A stretch of 32,000 nucleotides of DNA from Deinococcus radiodurans R1 = ATCC 13939 = DSM 20539 (GTDB lineage Bacteria > Deinococcota > Deinococci > Deinococcales > Deinococcaceae). The stretch's first letter is position 1. Every line of letters starts with the position of its first letter. A model generated the notes under the pieces. It did no database searches. It saw nothing but the letters and a program-made list of their open reading frames with translations, and had not been told where the DNA came from. Of this stretch, positions 28,047 through 32,000 are shown piece by piece. The position numbers were made by a program, and so were the translations under genes. The stretch lies in contig NC_001263.1 in NCBI RefSeq assembly GCF_000008565.1, positions 2,509,802 through 2,541,801 of the forward strand, given 5' to 3'.

Positions 28047-29038
28047 ATGACCGACCCCGACTCCACCTCGCCTGCCCCTGACCCGCAGCAGCCTGCCGAC
28101 CCGCAGCCCACCGACCCGGGCCGCCGCGAAGTGTTGCGGCAGGGCGCCCTGCTCACCGCCACCGCCCTGGGCCTCGGCGGGGGGCTGACGCTGCTCACCC
28201 GCCGCCCCGCGCCTGCCGAGCCAGCCCCGGACCCTCAGACGGCGGCGGGGCGCGTCATCCGTCCGACTGGGCCTTACGACACCCAGGAGGCCATGACGGG
28301 TTACCGCGACATGACCACCTACAACAACTTCTACGAACTCGGGCTCGGCAAGGATGACCCCGCCCGCCACGCCGGGGCGCTGCCGACGCGGCCCTGGACG
28401 GTGGTGGTGGACGGCGAGGTGAAAAAGCCCGTCACGCTCGACATAGACACCCTTCAGAGCTGGTTTCCCTTAGAGGACCGCATTTACCGGATGCGCTGCG
28501 TGGAGGGCTGGAGCATGGTGATGCCGTGGTTCGGCTTTCCGCTCGCCGCGCTGCTGCGCCGCCTGGAACCGACCGGCGCGGCCCGGTACGTGCAGTTCAC
28601 CGCCATCAACGCCCCCGACAAGCTGCCGGGGCAACGGCCCTGGGTGCTGGAATGGCCGTACACCGAGGGCCTGCGGCTCGACGAGGCGCTGCACCCGCTC
28701 ACGCTGCTCGCCGTGGGGCTGGAAGGCCGGTCGCTCCCGGCGCAAAACGGCGCTCCGCTGCGGCTGGTCGTCCCCTGGAAGTACGGCTTCAAGGGCATCA
28801 AGGCCATCGTCCGGATGACGCTCACGCGCACGCAGCCGCAGACGACCTGGGCGCTGGCCGCTCCCGACGAATACGGCTTTTACGCCAACGTCAACCCCGC
28901 CGTGCCTCACCCACGCTGGTCGCAGGCCACCGAGCAGCGCATCGGGGAGAGCGGGCGGCGGCCCACATTGCCCTTCAACGGCTACGGCGAACAGGTGGCG
29001 GGACTCTACAGCGGGCTTGACTGCGGCGGAACTTCTAA
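28047..29038 (+). CDS. msrP: protein-methionine-sulfoxide reductase catalytic subunit MsrP (YedY, molybdopterin); frame disruption 6 codons before the end
   Basis: Tat signal [59 protein letters not shown]. The track ORF runs to 29132 over msrQ, whereas the homologous ending GLDLRRNF-TAA (stop 29036-29038) is in the next frame after gac|tg at 29019-29023. Confidence 0.85.
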
Positions 29039-29647
29039 ATGGCGCGCCGCCCGCCCCCCTATGCGTGGCTCGGTCCAGGCGTCGTGCTGGGCGGGCTACT
29101 CCCCACCGTTTTCCTGCTGTGGGACGCGCTGAGCGGCGGCCTGGGCGCCAATCCGGTCAAGCAGGCGACCCACCAGACCGGGCAACTCGCGCTGATTGTG
29201 CTCACCCTCTCGCTCGCCTGTACCCCGGCGCGGGTGTGGCTGGGCTGGACGTGGGCGGCGCGCATTCGCAAGGCGTTGGGGCTGCTCGCGGCGTTTTATG
29301 CGGTGCTGCACTTCGGGATTTACCTGCGCGGCCAGGACTTCAGCCTGGGCCGCATCTGGGAGGACGTAACCGAGCGGCCCTTCATCACCTCGGGTTTCGC
29401 GGCGCTGCTGCTCCTGCTGCCGCTGGTCCTCACGAGTGGCAAAGGCAGCGTGCGGCGACTGGGCTTTGCGCGCTGGACGCTGCTACACCGCCTGGTGTAC
29501 CTCGCCGCCGCGCTGGGCGCGCTGCATTACTGGTGGGGCGTGAAAAAGGACCACAGCGGGCCGCTGCTCGCCGTGCTGGTCCTCGCGGCGCTGGGGCTGG
29601 CAAGGCTCAAGACCCCGGCGCGGCTGAACAGACCGGCGCGGCAGTGA
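29039..29647 (+). CDS. msrQ: protein-methionine-sulfoxide reductase haem-binding membrane subunit MsrQ (YedZ)
   Basis: 202 aa with about 6 TM segments. Conserved His-containing helices (...[11 protein letters not shown]..., ...[18 protein letters not shown]). The ATG abuts the inferred msrP stop (TAAATG). Confidence 0.85.
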
Positions 29648-29696
29648 TGCTAGCGCTCCCCTCCTTTCCTCACCCGGCGCTCTGCCATCCTGCGCC

Positions 29697-30926
29697 ATGA
29701 CTGCTTCTTCCGGTTCTTCTGCGCCTTCTTCCGGGCCGCTGCTCGCCGCCGTGCAGGGGCTGTGGTCCGGCGCCGCGCTGGCCGACCCCCACCCCATCTA
29801 CGAGCAGATTCGCGGCTTTGCCAATGCCGACGGGCTGGTTCGGCTTCCCGAGTGGAACACCGCTTTTGCCGTGGGGCACGCGGCGACGAGCGCGGTGCTG
29901 CGCTCTCCGGCGGCCCGCTCGGGGGAATGGGACCACGGCCCGAGCGACGGCGGAAAATTGCTGCAACACATGATGCTGTTTCGCAACGGCATTCCCCACG
30001 CCCGGCTGCGGGGGCTGGTGCAAAAGGCGTTCACGCCGCGCGTGGTGGAGGAACAGCGCGACCTGGTGCGCTCGCTGCTGGACGAACTGTTGAGCGATAT
30101 GGCGCGCGCCGGGGGGCCGGTGGACCTGGTGGCGGGGCTGTCGGGGCCGCTACCGGGCCGGGTAATCATGCGGATGCTGGGGCTGCGCGGCGCCGACGAG
30201 GAGCGCTTTCTGGGCTGGTCGGCAAGCGTGGCCGAACTGCTCGGCGGGGCCGACCGCTCGCCCGCGCTGCTGGCCCGCATCGAGGCCGACGCCCGCGAAA
30301 TGCGTGGCTACTTCCGCGACCTGGCCGACGAACTGCGCGTGTCGCCCCAGCCGGGCCTGCTCTCGGCACTGGCGGCGGTGGAAGACGGGGGCGAGCGTCT
30401 CAGCGGCGACGAACTGCTCTCCAACGCGGTGCTCTTGCTCGCGGCGGGGCACGAGACGACCTCCAACCTCATTCCGGGCGGCGTGCTGGCGCTCTCGCAG
30501 CAGCCGGGCGCCTGGGCCGCGCTGCTGAACCACCCCCGGCACCCCGGCGTGGCCGACGAACTGCTGCGGCACGTCTCCCCGGTGCAGCTCGACGGGCGAA
30601 TGCTGACCGAGGCGCAGACCGTGGGCGAGACACCGCTGCCGGCAGGCACGCCCGTGCAACTGCTGCTGGCGGCGGCCAACCGCGACCCGCAGGTGTTTCC
30701 CGACCCGGAGCGGCTCGACTGGGACCGCCCAAACGCCTCCCGTCACCTCGCCTTCGCCGCCGGGCCGCACTACTGCCTGGGCGCGAGCCTCGCCCGGCTG
30801 GAAATCGCCGAGACGTTCGCTGCGCTCGCCGAGCGTTTCCCCGACCTGCGCGTGAGCGCCGCACCCCATTACAAGGCCAATTTCGTTCTGCGCGGGCCGC
30901 AGGAGCTGTGGGTGACGCTGGGCTGA
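29697..30926 (+). CDS. cytochrome P450
   Basis: 409 aa. I-helix AAGHETT, EXXR (DELLR), and the haem-thiolate loop FAAGPHYCLGASLA. Confidence 0.9.
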   Translation: MTASSGSSAPSSGPLLAAVQGLWSGAALADPHPIYEQIRGFANADGLVRLPEWNTAFAVGHAATSAVLRSPAARSGEWDHGPSDGGKLLQHMMLFRNGIPHARLRGLVQKAFTPRVVEEQRDLVRSLLDELLSDMARAGGPVDLVAGLSGPLPGRVIMRMLGLRGADEERFLGWSASVAELLGGADRSPALLARIEADAREMRGYFRDLADELRVSPQPGLLSALAAVEDGGERLSGDELLSNAVLLLAAGHETTSNLIPGGVLALSQQPGAWAALLNHPRHPGVADELLRHVSPVQLDGRMLTEAQTVGETPLPAGTPVQLLLAAANRDPQVFPDPERLDWDRPNASRHLAFAAGPHYCLGASLARLEIAETFAALAERFPDLRVSAAPHYKANFVLRGPQELWVTLG

Positions 30927-30967
30927 GACGAAGTTCTGAGGAGGCCAGAGCAAAGAGGAAAAGGACT

Positions 30968-31098
30968 CTAGAGCAGTGGACGGGAAGATGTTGAGTGTCG
31001 TTGACCCTCTACCCTCGTGGGAGAGGGCCTGCCGAAGGCAGGGGTGAGGGGGCGAACAGACCAAATCTGACGAAACCTCATTCCGTCAACTGCTCTAG
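30968..31098. repeat. MITE-like small noncoding repeat, copy B (131 bp, inverted relative to A and C)
   Basis: 16-bp terminal inverted repeats ctagagcagtggacgg (30968-30983) and ccgtcaactgctctag (31083-31098), matching 15/16. The core is the reverse complement of the A/C core. Confidence 0.7.
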
Positions 31099-31163
31099 CA
31101 AGACCTCCCGACGGTGTTCCAACATCAAAGCCCCCCGTCCGGCGCCCTCTCACCCTCGCCCGG

Positions 31164-31169
31164 TACACT
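31164..31169 (+). promoter_or_regulatory. -10 box TACACT 6 nt upstream of the DtxR-type regulator ATG (leaderless architecture)
   Basis: cggTACACTttcagcATG, with no SD. Confidence 0.3.
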
Positions 31170-31175
31170 TTCAGC

Positions 31176-31874
31176 ATGACCCGCACCCTCTCCCCCTCCG
31201 CCGAGGATTACCTCAAGCACCTGTACGGGCTGGGGCAGTCGGGTAAGGTGAGCACCCAGGCGCTCGCCGCCGCGCTCGGGGTGGCGCCCGCCAGCGTGAC
31301 CGGAATGCTGCGCAAGCTGACCGAGCAGGGGCTGGTGTCGCACGCGCCGTACCAGGGCGCCCGGCTGACTGCCGAGGGCGAACGGGTGGCCCTCGAGGTG
31401 CTGCGGCACCACCGTCTGCTCGAACTGTTTCTCCACCGGGCTCTGGGCGTGCCGCTCGACGAGGTGCACGACGAGGCCGAGGCGCTCGAGCACGCGCTGT
31501 CCGAGCGGCTCGAAGCCCGCATCGCCGCGTGGCTCGGCGACCCCACCCATGACCCGCACGGCGACCCGATTCCGACGCTGGAGGGCGAGCTCCCGGCCCG
31601 CGCCGAGCGGCGGCTCTCGCAACTCGCCCCCGGCGACCACGCCGTGATTGCCCGCGTGCCCGACGGCGACGCCGAGCAACTTCGTACCCTCGTCGGCGCG
31701 CGCCTGACCCCCGGCGCCCGCCTCCAGATTCGCAGCGTGGACAGCGCCCTGGGCACCCTGACGGTGCAGGTCGGCCCGTCCGGTAAAGGCGGGCAGGCGC
31801 TCACGCTGGCGCTGGGGGTGGCCGCGCAGGTGCAGGTGCTGGCGGGCGAGCTGGACGCGGCGGGGACGGTGTAG
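31176..31874 (+). CDS. dtxR: DtxR/MntR-family Mn(II)/Fe(II)-dependent transcriptional regulator with a C-terminal FeoA/SH3-like domain (DR2539-type)
   Basis: 232 aa. [10 protein letters not shown]..., the [28 protein letters not shown], the metal/dimerisation region [11 protein letters not shown]...[15 protein letters not shown], and a C-terminal ...GDHAVIARV...LQIRSVD. Confidence 0.9.
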   Translation: MTRTLSPSAEDYLKHLYGLGQSGKVSTQALAAALGVAPASVTGMLRKLTEQGLVSHAPYQGARLTAEGERVALEVLRHHRLLELFLHRALGVPLDEVHDEAEALEHALSERLEARIAAWLGDPTHDPHGDPIPTLEGELPARAERRLSQLAPGDHAVIARVPDGDAEQLRTLVGARLTPGARLQIRSVDSALGTLTVQVGPSGKGGQALTLALGVAAQVQVLAGELDAAGTV

Positions 31875-31982
31875 AGCATTTGACAGAAAAAGACACCCTC
31901 ACCCCTCGCTATGCGAGGCCCTCTCCCATCAAGGTAGAGGGTCAAACAGCGCAAGGCACTTCTTTTGTGAAATGCTCTCAGG
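31872..31982. repeat. MITE-like small noncoding repeat, copy C (~110 bp)
   Basis: tagagcatttgaca ... tgtgaaatgctctcagg termini. Same core as copy A, but with the hairpin cctcgc-tat-gcgagg. The element begins at the TAG stop of the preceding gene. Confidence 0.7.
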
Positions 31983-32000
31983 CTCCCGCCACACCACTCA

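Noticed and set aside
29762-30994. 410-aa + strand ORF in an alternative frame of the P450 gene, and the antisense ORF 30150..31064
   Set aside because: The P450 frame contains the AGHETT, EXXR and FxxGxHxCxG motifs. The alternative frames are Arg/Ala/Gly/Pro strings with G/C shifted away from codon position 3.

Overview
High-GC bacterial chromosome segment (by eye about two-thirds G+C, with strong G/C preference at codon position 3). I recognise it as Deinococcus radiodurans-type core genome. Gene order: the 5' part of the S-layer gene hpi (minus strand, cut by the left edge), ruvX, a crotonase, PSP1/RicT, RidA, a membrane-anchored PP2C phosphatase, a PlsC-type acyltransferase, two M16B peptidase subunits, a triple-Ig-like lipoprotein, the PQQ-propeller Ser/Thr kinase RqkA, a small-membrane-protein/MerR operon, a PDZ-radical-SAM (DUF512) enzyme, a lysophospholipase-like hydrolase, an orphan Mn-type ABC substrate-binding protein, rpmB, dctA, lpdA, tRNA-Glu(UUC), lipoprotein and unknown genes, a rhodanese, GrpB, N-carbamoylputrescine amidase, msrPQ, a cytochrome P450 and a DtxR-type Mn regulator. 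That is about 30 protein genes and 1 tRNA. I saw no rRNA, CRISPR, transposase, integrase, phage genes or recognisable defence/toxin-antitoxin module, so this looks like ordinary chromosome rather than an island. Signals the gene list does not explain: (i) at five to six sites the reading frame supported by homology and GC3 jumps by one base (M16 non-catalytic subunit, probably the M16 catalytic subunit start, the Mn-binding protein tail, a DUF937 gene twice, the msrP tail); (ii) a family of ~100-130 bp MITE-like small noncoding repeats with terminal inverted repeats and a compensatory-substituted internal hairpin (three copies plus one related ~200 bp element); (iii) three annotated-looking ORFs that really form one ~790-codon DUF937-TM-Ig-like gene; (iv) an orphan two-gene cassette (366-aa unknown protein plus a small lipoprotein with no canonical start codon); (v) a textbook MerR operator in a 19-bp-spacer promoter, a perfect-consensus hpi promoter, several -10 boxes abutting start codons (leaderless architecture), and a G-quadruplex-prone tract. 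I found no convincing new multi-gene system; the best candidates carry modest scores. Most long ORFs in the track that lie opposite or out of frame to the genes below are high-GC shadow ORFs.
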